64,000 nucleotides of DNA from an uncultured delta proteobacterium (GCA_963767925.1 CAVYGB010000008.1:1632001-1696000), one strand, 5' to 3'; positions 53,919-63,331 are shown, numbered from the stretch's first letter. Made by a program: numbers and translations. Notes: generated by a model not told the origin, from the letters alone.

Positions 53919-56099
53919 ATGGTCGGCCCCAGTCCATCCGCTCCATCCGCTCCATCCGCGCTCCCCAGCGCTGACCACGGTGCGGCACTCGAGCAAGGGT
54001 TGCGCCTGGCCGCCGCCTCCGGTCGCGCACCGGGGTCGGCCGATGTGCTCCTCGGCCTGCTGACCGCGGGTGGCGCCGCCGCGCGGTTGCTGATCGAACG
54101 CGGCCTGGAGGCCCACCGGCTCGAAGCGCTGATGCCCCGGCTGCGTCCGGAGGCGGCCCTGCGCCCCGACGTGCTGGACCGGATGAGCCAGGACATCGCG
54201 CGCAGCCTGGGGGCCCAGCAGACGTCGTCGCTGCACCTCCTGCTCGCCTTGCTGCGGACCGGCAGCGGGGCGGTTCACCTCCTGCGCCTGGCCGACCAGG
54301 ATCCGTCCCGCTTGCGGGCTGTGGTGCTGCGCGCGCTGACCGGACCGGGGCGCCTGGCGGACCGAACCGGCCCGCGCGCACCGGGGAACCTCCCCCCGGC
54401 TCCCGAGGCGCCGGCCAGCGGATCGGTGGCGAGACCAGCCGGCCCCCCGGCGACGACCGAGTCGGCGTCCCTCGATCTGTTGCCGCTGGAGGCACCCTCC
54501 AGCCCGGTCCTGTACCGGGAGCGAGAGATCGGACGCCTCCTGGACCTTCTGCAGGCGCCGCGCGTGCGCGTCGTGGCCGTGGTCGGTGAGCTCGGGGCCG
54601 GGCGCAGCTCGGTGCTGTCGGCGCTGGCGGCGGCATCGCCGGAGCGGCCGCTGGTCCCGGCGGGCGCGCCGGCCGGCGGTCTGTCGCCCGGCGGCTGGAT
54701 CGCCCAGCTCCACCGGATGGCGGCGCCCGCCGCGCCCCTGGTCCTTGACGGCTGCGGCCTGCTGGTCGCCGAGGGGAGCGACGGGCCCGCCCAGCTCGTC
54801 GCCACCGCGCGCGCCGGCCGCCGCTGGATCCTGGCGGCCAGCCCGGCCGACCTGCGCCGGCTCGAGCTGGCCACGCCCGAGCTCACGGCCGGGATGGAGA
54901 CCGTCGTGCTGTCGCCGCTCACCGGCGACGCCCTGTGGGACGTTGTCGAAAACGGCCTGGGCCACCTGGCGGCATCGACCGGCGTCGAGCTGGCCGCCGA
55001 CGTCTGCCGGGCGCTGCTGCGGCTGTCGCCCCGGTACCCCAGCGAGCTGGCCCAGCCGGGGCGCGCGCTCACGGTGGCGGGCGTGGCGGTGGCGCGGGCC
55101 CTGCGCCTGGCGCAGCCCCGGGTGACGGAGCGAGAGGTGGCCGAGGTGGTGGCCGCTGCCGCCGACATCCCCGCCAATCGCCTCCTGCGCAGCGACGACG
55201 AGCGCTTCCGGACCCTGGAGGAGCGGCTGGCCGAGCGGGTTGTCGGACACGAGCCGGCGCGGGTCCGCATCGCCGACGTGCTCCGGCGCAGCTACGCCGG
55301 CTTCCGGGGCCAGCGCCCACTCGCCTCCCTGCTCCTCCTCGGACCCACCGGCGTCGGAAAGACCGAGACCGCCCGCGCCATCGCCGAGGCCCTGTTCGAC
55401 GGGGACGCGGCGCTGGTTCGCATCGACCTGTCCGAATACAGCGAGCCCCACGCGGTCGCCCGGCTGATCGGCTCGCCGCCCGGCTACGTCGGCTACGAGC
55501 AGGGGGGCCAGCTCACGGAGGCGATCCGGCGGCGCCCGGCCGCGGTGGTGCTGCTCGACGAGCTGGAGAAGGCCCACCGGGAGGTGCTCCTGGTCCTGCT
55601 GCAGGTGCTCGAGGACGGCAGGTTGACCGACGGCCGCGGGCGAACGGTCGACTTCACCGCCGCCGCCGTGGTCATGACCTCGAACCTCGGCAGCGAATGT
55701 TACAAGCGGACCCGGACCCCCTCACCCGCCACGATCCTGGGGCTGGCCCGGACCCGTCTGCCCGCCGAGCTCTGGAACCGGATCGACGAGGTGCTCTGTT
55801 ACGCCCCGCTCAAGGAGAGCGAGCTGGCCGGGATCGTGGCCCGCTTCGCCCGCGCGTCGAGCCGGCGCCTGGAGGCAGAGCGGGGCGTCGCCTTCGTCGT
55901 CGACGACAGCGTGGTGGCGGAGGTGCTCGCCGCCGAGCCCGATCGCAGCCTGGGAGCCCGCCCCTTGCGGCGGGCCTTCGAGCGGCTGGTCGAGGGACCC
56001 ATCGCCGGTCGCATCGTGGCCGGCAACCTCCGTCCCGGGGCTCACCTGCGGGTGACCGCCACCCGCCAGGGGGAGATCACCGTCACGACGACCGGCTGA
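53919..56099 (+). CDS. Clp/Hsp100 family ATPase with degenerate first AAA+ module
   Basis: Two Clp N repeats; NBD1 remnants GELGAGRS / LVLDG; intact NBD2 motifs GPTGVGKT, GSPPGYVGY, LLDELEK and GARPLRR. Confidence 0.88.
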   Translation: MVGPSPSAPSAPSALPSADHGAALEQGLRLAAASGRAPGSADVLLGLLTAGGAAARLLIERGLEAHRLEALMPRLRPEAALRPDVLDRMSQDIARSLGAQQTSSLHLLLALLRTGSGAVHLLRLADQDPSRLRAVVLRALTGPGRLADRTGPRAPGNLPPAPEAPASGSVARPAGPPATTESASLDLLPLEAPSSPVLYREREIGRLLDLLQAPRVRVVAVVGELGAGRSSVLSALAAASPERPLVPAGAPAGGLSPGGWIAQLHRMAAPAAPLVLDGCGLLVAEGSDGPAQLVATARAGRRWILAASPADLRRLELATPELTAGMETVVLSPLTGDALWDVVENGLGHLAASTGVELAADVCRALLRLSPRYPSELAQPGRALTVAGVAVARALRLAQPRVTEREVAEVVAAAADIPANRLLRSDDERFRTLEERLAERVVGHEPARVRIADVLRRSYAGFRGQRPLASLLLLGPTGVGKTETARAIAEALFDGDAALVRIDLSEYSEPHAVARLIGSPPGYVGYEQGGQLTEAIRRRPAAVVLLDELEKAHREVLLVLLQVLEDGRLTDGRGRTVDFTAAAVVMTSNLGSECYKRTRTPSPATILGLARTRLPAELWNRIDEVLCYAPLKESELAGIVARFARASSRRLEAERGVAFVVDDSVVAEVLAAEPDRSLGARPLRRAFERLVEGPIAGRIVAGNLRPGAHLRVTATRQGEITVTTTG

Positions 56100-56148
56100 T
56101 GGCGACGGCGGAGCGCGCGGCGGCTCCACTCGGGTTATTCTCGCCACC

Positions 56149-56757
56149 ATGAAACGCCCGATCGGGATGTTGTCCGTCTGCGCGCTGGCCCTCACCACGG
56201 CGCTGGCCGCCCTCGCCCCGCCGGCCCGCGCCCAGACCGAGGTGCCACAGACCTCGGTGTTCACCTACGCCGGGCGCGGCTTCCTCGTCGGCAGCATGGT
56301 CGGGCTCAGCGCCGGCTACCTGGTCGCCCGCAGCGGCGGCTGGGATCGCAGCGGCGACTGGCAACCGCTGGTCTATGGCACCGGCATCGGCGCGCTGGCG
56401 GGCGGCGTGCTCGGGCTCTCCCTGGGGATCGTCGACATGAGCCGCAACACCCCCGGCTACGGGGCGGTCATCCTGCGCGACACCGTGTACGGGGCCGCCT
56501 TCGGCGCGGCCGCCGGTGGCATCGTCGGCACCCTGGCCCTCGTCAGCACCAAGAACGGGGAACACGTCCTGCTGGGCGCGGCGGTCGGCGCCCTGGCCGG
56601 AGCGACCGCGGGCGTCGCCCTGGGAATCGTCGAGGGCAACCGCGCCCTGGCCCGGACCCAGGCCCGCCAGGGCGGTTACGGGCTCACGCTGGCAGCCGCC
56701 CCCGGCCTCGACGGCGACCCGATCTGGATGCCCGCCTTCAGCGGCCGCTGGTTCTAG
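56149..56757 (+). CDS. Exported/membrane glycine-zipper protein
   Basis: Signal ending ARA-Q; four GxxxGxxxG hydrophobic segments; terminal aromatic residues (RWF). Confidence 0.75.
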   Translation: MKRPIGMLSVCALALTTALAALAPPARAQTEVPQTSVFTYAGRGFLVGSMVGLSAGYLVARSGGWDRSGDWQPLVYGTGIGALAGGVLGLSLGIVDMSRNTPGYGAVILRDTVYGAAFGAAAGGIVGTLALVSTKNGEHVLLGAAVGALAGATAGVALGIVEGNRALARTQARQGGYGLTLAAAPGLDGDPIWMPAFSGRWF

Positions 56758-56763
56758 CGACCA

Positions 56764-57738
56764 CTAGGGACCGAACAGGCCGGCTAGCCGGGTGACCGCC
56801 TTGGGATCCAGATCGGGAACCCGCATGCGGGCGATCCGCAGCACCTGGCGGCCGAGCCGCTGGTAGAGGTCGAGGTTCTCCGGCGAGCGCGCGCCGAGGG
56901 CCTCGAGGTGCCGCTCCACCGACTCGACGTCACCTCGCGCGACCGGACCGGTCAGGGCCGCGGGGAGCCCCAGCTCGACGAGGTTGCGGACCGCGCTCGA
57001 CATCAGGGAGAACAGCGCGGGCAGCGCCTCCTCCTCCGGGATGCCCGCCGCCACCAGCAGCGATCGGGCGACGTCGGCCAGCGCCACGACGTAGTTCGAG
57101 GCGGTGACCGCGCCCGCGTGGTAGAGCGCCATGGTCTCGGGGTTGAGGTTGAGAATCCGGCCGCCCATGAAGCGTACCAGCCCGCGGGCCCGGCGGACCG
57201 CCTCGGCGTCCCCCTCGATCCCGAAGGCTGCTCCGGCGAGGCTCTCCAGGACCCCGGGTGCCTCGGTGACGGCGATGAGCGGATGGAGAGTCCCCACCCC
57301 CGCGACGTGTGGCCGCAGCGCCGAGAGCAGGTCGGCCGAGGAGCGGCTCCCGGCGGTGTGCAACACCACCTGCGATCGCCGCAGGCGCTGCTCGTCCAGC
57401 AGGCGCTTGGCGATCTCCTCGATCCGCGAGTCGCGCACCGCGATGATGAGGACGTCAGAGGTCGAGACGGTGGCCGGCAGGTCCCCGCTGGTGCTCAGCA
57501 CACCCGAGGCCGCGCTGGACGCCTCCGAGAGATCCGAGCGCCGTCCGTGCAACCCCACCACCGGAACCCCCACGCGCGCCAGCTTGCCGGCCAGGGTCGT
57601 CCCCACCACACCGGCGCCGATCACGAAGACCGTCGGGGTCGGCTCGGAGGGACCCTCGTGCTCGGCGGGAGGCAGGATCTCAGGGTCGGAGCCGGAGGAG
57701 GCAGCGACGTGACTCGAGGACGGCTGGGCGGTGCTCAT
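56764..57738 (-). CDS. Rossmann-like plus DUF2520 protein (PanG-like oxidoreductase)
   Basis: IGAGVVG, HTAGS, LHPL, YHAGAVTASNY and ALTGPVARGD motifs. Confidence 0.88.
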   Translation of the reverse strand: MSTAQPSSSHVAASSGSDPEILPPAEHEGPSEPTPTVFVIGAGVVGTTLAGKLARVGVPVVGLHGRRSDLSEASSAASGVLSTSGDLPATVSTSDVLIIAVRDSRIEEIAKRLLDEQRLRRSQVVLHTAGSRSSADLLSALRPHVAGVGTLHPLIAVTEAPGVLESLAGAAFGIEGDAEAVRRARGLVRFMGGRILNLNPETMALYHAGAVTASNYVVALADVARSLLVAAGIPEEEALPALFSLMSSAVRNLVELGLPAALTGPVARGDVESVERHLEALGARSPENLDLYQRLGRQVLRIARMRVPDLDPKAVTRLAGLFGP

Positions 57739-58304
57739 AACGGACGTGTCACCCCGTATAACCCTCTTTCGCGGACGTAGTCGAGCACTCTGCGCGGGAC
57801 CAGCGGGTCGATCGGCTTGCCGGTCCGCAACCGTTCACGCACCTCGGTGGAGCTGACCGGCGGCAGGCTCACGGGCGCGGCGTCCCACCCCTCCGGTCCG
57901 GCGAAGCCGGTCCGTCCCACGACGATGAAGCTCGTGCGCCTGCGCAGCTCCTCGGCGCCGAACCAGCGGCCCGTCTCCTCGACGAGGTCGGAGCCGATGA
58001 CGACGTGAAACTCCGTCCCGGGGTGCTCGCTCTGCAGCGTCCGGACCGTGTTGAGGGTCCGGCTCTCGCCACCCAGCCGCCGCTCGACGTCGCTGACCCG
58101 CACGCGGGCCCCGAGCGGCTCGGCCATGAGCTCACACATCCGGAAGCGATCTTCGAAGCGCTCGAGCGCCTTCTCGAACGGATGCAAGAAACAGGGGATC
58201 ACCCAGAGCTCGTCGATCGGCTGGGTCTCGAGCACGTAGAGCGCGGCGAGCTGATGGGCGACGTGTGGCGGGTTGAAGCTGCCGCCGAAGAGCGCCACGC
58301 GCAT
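57735..58304 (-). CDS. nadD: Nicotinate-nucleotide adenylyltransferase
   Basis: FGGSFNPPHVAH, VIGSD and VSSTEVR motifs. Confidence 0.93.
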   Translation of the reverse strand: MRVALFGGSFNPPHVAHQLAALYVLETQPIDELWVIPCFLHPFEKALERFEDRFRMCELMAEPLGARVRVSDVERRLGGESRTLNTVRTLQSEHPGTEFHVVIGSDLVEETGRWFGAEELRRRTSFIVVGRTGFAGPEGWDAAPVSLPPVSSTEVRERLRTGKPIDPLVPRRVLDYVRERGLYGVTRPL

Positions 58305-58310
58305 GGAAGG

Positions 58311-59513
58311 TTACGAGTAGAGCAGGTAGGGCCGCCGGCGTTCGGCGAAGGCGCGCTCGGCCTTCAGCCAGGTGGCGAAGATCTCCTCGGGGGTGGCCCC
58401 CCGCTCGACGCCCAGCCGGACCGCGTCCCCTCCGGTGAGGAGATCGATGGCGGGTCGATGGGACACGAACTCGTAGGGTTCGCTGCGCCAGGCGAAGGCC
58501 TCCCCCCCCAGCGACCAGAGCTCGCGCAGCAGCGCCACCCCGGTCCGATAGGGGCGGAAGGTGGTCCGATCGCTGACGTGGAGCTGAATGCCGCCGCAGG
58601 ACCGGGTCGCGAACTTGTGGAAGGTGGGCCGGAAGGAGAGCGGGCGGAAGCGCACCCCGGGCAGGTCGTAGCTCGAGAGGCGTTCGGCGAGGCGGTGGCC
58701 GTCGACGAAAGGAGCCCCGATGATCTCGAACGGGCGGGTGGTCCCGCGCCCCTCCGACACGTTGGTCCCCTCGATGAGGCACAGGCCCGGATAGACGAAG
58801 GCGGTGTCGACGGTGGGCATGTTGGGCGAGGGCAACACCCAGGGCAGGCCGGTGGCGTCGAAGGCCTCGCGCCGGCGCCAGCCCTTGACCGGCACGACCT
58901 CGAGATCGCAGTCGAGGGGACGGGCGAAACGTTCACCACCCCAGGGCAGCCCCCCCGCCACCAGACGGGCCAGCTCACCCATGGTCAGGCCGTGACGGAC
59001 CGGGATCGAGCCGAGCCCGACGAAGGACTCGACGGTGGGATCGACGTCGCCCCCTTCGATCTCGACGCCGCCGAGCGGGTTGGGGCGGTCGAGCACCACC
59101 ACCTTGACCCCGGCCCGCGCCGCCGCCTGCATGGCGAGGGCCATGGTCCAGACGTAGGTGTAGTAGCGGCTGCCGATGTCCTGCAGGTCGACCAGGAGCA
59201 CGTCGATCTCGGCCAGGGTCTCGGGCGGCGGCGACAGCGAGGCGAAGGTCGAGCCGTAGAGGCTGGTCACGGGGATGTCGGTCCGGCGGTCGCGGTCGCC
59301 ATCGACCCCCACCATGTCCTGGGCTTCGCCCCGGACCCCGTGCTCCGGTCCGAACAGCCGGACCGGTCGGATCCCGGCGCCCAGGAGCCGGTCGATGGTG
59401 TGGGTCAGATCGGGGGTGACGCTGGCCGGGTGGCAGAGCAGCCCGACGCGTCGACCGCGACAGAGAGCGAGGCGCTCGGCGACCAGAACCTCGATTCCCG
59501 GGACTGCAGGCAC
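58311..59513 (-). CDS. DUF1343 exo-beta-N-acetylmuramidase NamZ family protein
   Basis: FGPEHG, DLQDIGSRYYTY, LDRPNP, PSPNMP and SEGRGTTRPFE motifs. Confidence 0.9.
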   Translation of the reverse strand: MPAVPGIEVLVAERLALCRGRRVGLLCHPASVTPDLTHTIDRLLGAGIRPVRLFGPEHGVRGEAQDMVGVDGDRDRRTDIPVTSLYGSTFASLSPPPETLAEIDVLLVDLQDIGSRYYTYVWTMALAMQAAARAGVKVVVLDRPNPLGGVEIEGGDVDPTVESFVGLGSIPVRHGLTMGELARLVAGGLPWGGERFARPLDCDLEVVPVKGWRRREAFDATGLPWVLPSPNMPTVDTAFVYPGLCLIEGTNVSEGRGTTRPFEIIGAPFVDGHRLAERLSSYDLPGVRFRPLSFRPTFHKFATRSCGGIQLHVSDRTTFRPYRTGVALLRELWSLGGEAFAWRSEPYEFVSHRPAIDLLTGGDAVRLGVERGATPEEIFATWLKAERAFAERRRPYLLYS

Positions 59514-59607
59514 GACGTTGGCTCCGGGGGGAACCTTCGCACGCCCACACCCGGCCGGGCAAGCCGCCTGCGCCGGGCCGGAGCTCGGCCCGGTGCACTA
59601 GACCCGC

Positions 59608-61059
59608 TCAGTCGATGCGAGCGGCGCGGAAAACCACGTCGTCGCCCTTGGCCACGAGCTGGAAACGGACCATCCGGCAGTTCCATTTCTGCTTGAGCCC
59701 CGCCTCGGCGAGACGCAGCTTGGCCATGAAGGCAGGAACGCTCAGGCCGTCGGCGGGCTTGCCCAGGCTGCGCAGCGTATTGAGGTACTCGTTGAACAGG
59801 CGGGGGTAATAGGCCGCCTCGCTCTCCTGAGCCAGCGCCGCCGAGGCCGGGCTGGCCGCGCCGTCCCCCTCCTCGATGATCATCTGCTCGGCCCGCCAGA
59901 CCTTGCCGCCGTCCTCCTCTTCCTCGACGGCGTCTTCGTTCGGCTCCTCCCGTCCCAGCAGACGGGCGAGCATGACGTTGAGCCCGTTCGAGAGGCCCTC
60001 GAAGTCCGGCCCCACCGGCTTGAAGGTGTAGTCGATGTTGCCGTTGATGATCTCGGCCACCCCCAGCTCGATCTTGTCGAGCGGTCCGATGAACCGCTTG
60101 GCGGTCAACACGGCCGCGCCGAGGGCGACCAGGATCGCCACCAGCCCGAGGCCCAGCACCTTCCGGCTCATGTTGTCGACGGTGTCCTCGACGTCCGAGA
60201 CCGATCGGGCCATCACCACGCCGCTCGTGCGATCGGCGAAGCTCCCGAACAGCGGCGCCACGATGATGGCATATTCCCGCCCTTCGATCTGGCGGCGCAC
60301 CAGCGGCGTCGGCCCGCCCTTGGCCAGCGCCTGCTCGGCCAGCTTGTCGACGGAAAACAGGAGGTTTCCCAGGGCCTGCGTGCGGGGGACGTCTTCCTTT
60401 TCGGGGGCCTCGGTCGTCCCGAAGCTGGAGGCCTGCATCTTGCCGGCGTGGAAGTAGCCGATCTCCGCGCCGATGCTGTCCCGGGTGTCCTGGGCGACCT
60501 TGGTCGAGAGGACCTGACCGATGAGGAGCACGCCGATGAGCTGGCCATCCGCCTTGGTGATGGGGGCCAGCGCCACCTGGGTCATCCGGTTGTCCATCGC
60601 CCAGACGTCCTTGATGGGCTCGCCCCGCAGCGCCTGCGAGACCGCCGGGAACCGGGCCTTCAGATCGTCGCCCCACATGGCGTTGGGGTTCAGATCGCGG
60701 GCCACCACCTTGCCATCGGCACCCAGGATGGCGACGATGGCGGCCTTTCGGTTCTCCTTGGCCAGACCGGCGTTGAGCGCCTCGCACTCGGCGAAGGCCG
60801 CCTCCCTCCGGGCGGTCTCGTCGGTCCGGTCGAAGACGGCTACAACGCTGGGGCGCTTGGCCCGCTCGAAGACCTGCATGGCCGCGTCGGCGGCCCGCAG
60901 CCGCCCGATCTCGGAAAACGCGCGCTCGGCGCGCGCCACGTCCCGTTCGACCTGCTCGACAGCGCCGGTTCGAGCCCTCTGTGTGATCGAGGTGTGAACC
61001 CCGACCGTGACGAGAAGCATGATGACCGCTGCCGCGAGCCCAATCTTCATCCGATGCAT
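59608..61059 (-). CDS. Two-TM sensor-like protein: Cache-like periplasmic domain, HAMP-like linker, MXAN_5187-like C-terminal domain
   Basis: TM-periplasm-TM layout; FIGPLDKIELGV...FEGLSNGLN; C-terminal LFNEY...GKPADGLS...FMAKL...CRMVRFQL. Confidence 0.78.
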   Translation of the reverse strand: MHRMKIGLAAAVIMLLVTVGVHTSITQRARTGAVEQVERDVARAERAFSEIGRLRAADAAMQVFERAKRPSVVAVFDRTDETARREAAFAECEALNAGLAKENRKAAIVAILGADGKVVARDLNPNAMWGDDLKARFPAVSQALRGEPIKDVWAMDNRMTQVALAPITKADGQLIGVLLIGQVLSTKVAQDTRDSIGAEIGYFHAGKMQASSFGTTEAPEKEDVPRTQALGNLLFSVDKLAEQALAKGGPTPLVRRQIEGREYAIIVAPLFGSFADRTSGVVMARSVSDVEDTVDNMSRKVLGLGLVAILVALGAAVLTAKRFIGPLDKIELGVAEIINGNIDYTFKPVGPDFEGLSNGLNVMLARLLGREEPNEDAVEEEEDGGKVWRAEQMIIEEGDGAASPASAALAQESEAAYYPRLFNEYLNTLRSLGKPADGLSVPAFMAKLRLAEAGLKQKWNCRMVRFQLVAKGDDVVFRAARID

Positions 61060-61347
61060 GCCGTCCCTCGCGCTACCTATGGTTTTCTGGGGTGCAGGGG
61101 GACACCTGAAGCCCCCCGGACACCGAACCGGTCGCCTGGATTATCCGTGTTTTCCGTGCGTTGAGTCAAGCGGCTCGTTGGAAGGCCTGGGCCGAGCTTC
61201 GGGTCTTCTTCCGTCGGGTTCTCGTTCGGGTTCTCGTTCGGCCTTCGTCTTCGTCGGTCTCGTTGGTCGTTGTCTTCGTGCTCGGCCCGCCCCTGCTTCA
61301 TCGTTTCTTTGGGCGGGGGTCTAGAGGGGTCGATTCGGGGCGGTTTC

Positions 61348-61376
61348 TTGACCGGGCGGGCCGACTGACCTACATG
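61348..61376 (+). promoter_or_regulatory. Weak candidate sigma70-type promoter
   Basis: TTGACC-N17-TACATG upstream of the GGAGG RBS at 61396. Confidence 0.3.
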
Positions 61377-61406
61377 TGGGTCAATCTCGTCCTCTGGAGG
61401 TCTCCC

Positions 61407-61967
61407 GTGCCCACATTGCCCTCGAAGTCGCCGCCTCCCCTGCCCGGCCGGGCCGCCGCCCCGGGCCCGCTCTCCCCACTCCCCGCCCCCGACCGGCCCA
61501 TCCCAATCCAGTCAGCCGGCTCTTCGGCTGTTTCGGTGGCGAAGGAGAGCGCTGGATCCCCCCGCCGACGGACATCGGAATGGACGACCGAGTGGACGTC
61601 CACCCGGACATCCACCCGGACTTCCAAGCCGTCTTCAGAACCGACTTGCGAGCGGCGCAACGATCGCCGGGTGCCGCTCGACGTGCTGGCCAACCGATTT
61701 CAGCAGGGCTACCCCTACCTGTCGCGGACGACCGACATCAGCCGACAGGGCATTCGGCTCTACACGTTCAACGAGCCGAACCTCGCGCCCCGCGCCTTCA
61801 CCGGCCTGCAGTTCCAGCTCCCCGATTCTCCGGAGGTCATCTCGGCCGACGGCGAAATCGTGTTCGAGGAGGCGGCTTCGGGCCTGGTGGGGATCCGCTT
61901 TCTGCACCTTTCCAAGGCGGCCGGCGCGGCGATCGACGGCTACCTGGGACGCGCCTGCGCCACCTGA
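61407..61967 (+). CDS. PilZ domain protein with a Pro/Ser/Thr-rich N-terminal extension
   Basis: ERRNDRR and DISRQG motifs; GGAGG RBS before GTG at 61407. Confidence 0.78.
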   Translation: MPTLPSKSPPPLPGRAAAPGPLSPLPAPDRPIPIQSAGSSAVSVAKESAGSPRRRTSEWTTEWTSTRTSTRTSKPSSEPTCERRNDRRVPLDVLANRFQQGYPYLSRTTDISRQGIRLYTFNEPNLAPRAFTGLQFQLPDSPEVISADGEIVFEEAASGLVGIRFLHLSKAAGAAIDGYLGRACAT

Positions 61968-62125
61968 CCAACGTCCGACATCCCGGCCGCGTTTCACGAG
62001 AAACTCTCGGTGCAGCCTCGGGTTGCATGTCAGAAGCGAGCTTGACAGTATGGCTCCGCCCGCGCTGATCATCCTTCCCGCAGTCGCCAGAACCCGCCCC
62101 GCAGCACGAACCACGGAGGTCTCCC

Positions 62126-63316
62126 TTGGAGCAACCGAAGAAGCCCGGTCCGCGTGACATCACGGATCTGAAAGCCCGCCTCGGGCTGAATCGGGGGGCG
62201 GCGCCGTCCGGCCCTCCCGGGGCTCCTGTCCCTTCCCGTCCGCCCTTCGGTCATCCCGCCGGGCAGCCGCCGCTCGGTACGCCCGTCTCCTCGCAACAGC
62301 CTTTCCCCACGGGGAGCATGGGCGGCCTGCCGGGACCGGCGCCCGCGATGCCGCCGGCGGCCGCGCCTGCGCCCGACCCCTACGCCTCGATGCGGCCCCC
62401 GCCCGGGCGGCAGTTCGATCTGCGTCCGGTGGATGACGGCGCTCCCGTGGCCAGCGTGCGGCGGGGAGGCTTCCGGGGCGCCATGATCTTCGGGCTCATC
62501 ATGGTGGTCCTCGGCGGCTTGCTCGGCATCGGGTTCGGCATCGGCATGAGCGGACGCCGGGCCTACAACGAGACGAACCGGGCCGCCAAGCGGGTCAAGC
62601 TCGAGGTCGAGGAGATGCACAAGACCGTCACCCAGATCGCGGGTGCGGTGGCCTTCAGCAGCCAGCGCCTGCAGACCGAAAAGCGCGACCGGCTGGCCTA
62701 CGACAGCAAGTTCATCGAGGACCTCGAGAAGATCAAGCTCGACCCGCGCCCCGACACCTCCCGCATCTTCACCGTCGACTACTTCCGGATGCCCGACATC
62801 GCCGTCGATAACCTGATGTCGTACTACTACGACACCATCGCGCTCTACGGCGAGGTCGAGAAACACGTCAAGAAGAGCCGGGCGGACAAGGACTCGCTCG
62901 AGGCCTTCGCCGCCCAGAATCAGAAGGCGCAGGCCAACTACGGCGTCGTCTTCGCCGGCGGGGGCAAGATGGTGGTGGCCAACCTCGTCGAGGTGGGCCA
63001 GCCAGTCTGCAAGGACGGGGGCAACGAGTGTGGCGTCGACCAGCTCGAAGGCTTCAAGATCCGATCGAACGCTGGGGCCTCCTGGGTCAACCGCCGGATC
63101 GGATCCAAGCCCGAGGGTGGCATCCTCGTGCCGCTCGACCGGACGCCCCTGCTCGAGTCCGCCATGGCCGGCTCGCCCGATCAGGCACGGATGGAGCAGT
63201 ACCGCATCCGTTCGGCCAACATCCAGATCCTGCTCACCCGCATCATCCAGACCCAGAAGCAGCTCACCGAGGCCGTCAAGACCGCGGCTTCCCGCCCCGA
63301 CATGTTCTCCCTCTGA
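62126..63316 (+). CDS. Hypothetical bitopic membrane protein (Pro-rich cytoplasmic N-terminus, one TM helix, helical extracytoplasmic domain)
   Basis: GGAGG RBS before TTG; DLKARLG motif at the N-terminus; TM segment AMIFGLIMVVLGGLLGIGFGIG. Confidence 0.8.
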   Translation: MEQPKKPGPRDITDLKARLGLNRGAAPSGPPGAPVPSRPPFGHPAGQPPLGTPVSSQQPFPTGSMGGLPGPAPAMPPAAAPAPDPYASMRPPPGRQFDLRPVDDGAPVASVRRGGFRGAMIFGLIMVVLGGLLGIGFGIGMSGRRAYNETNRAAKRVKLEVEEMHKTVTQIAGAVAFSSQRLQTEKRDRLAYDSKFIEDLEKIKLDPRPDTSRIFTVDYFRMPDIAVDNLMSYYYDTIALYGEVEKHVKKSRADKDSLEAFAAQNQKAQANYGVVFAGGGKMVVANLVEVGQPVCKDGGNECGVDQLEGFKIRSNAGASWVNRRIGSKPEGGILVPLDRTPLLESAMAGSPDQARMEQYRIRSANIQILLTRIIQTQKQLTEAVKTAASRPDMFSL

Positions 63317-63331
63317 GTGGCGTTTTTTTCC

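Noticed and set aside
53932..53964. Short coding tandem repeats (CTCCATCCG here; also ~18766-18795 and ~61575-61625)
   Set aside because: In-frame 9-12-bp duplications in low-complexity linkers, with no evidence of function
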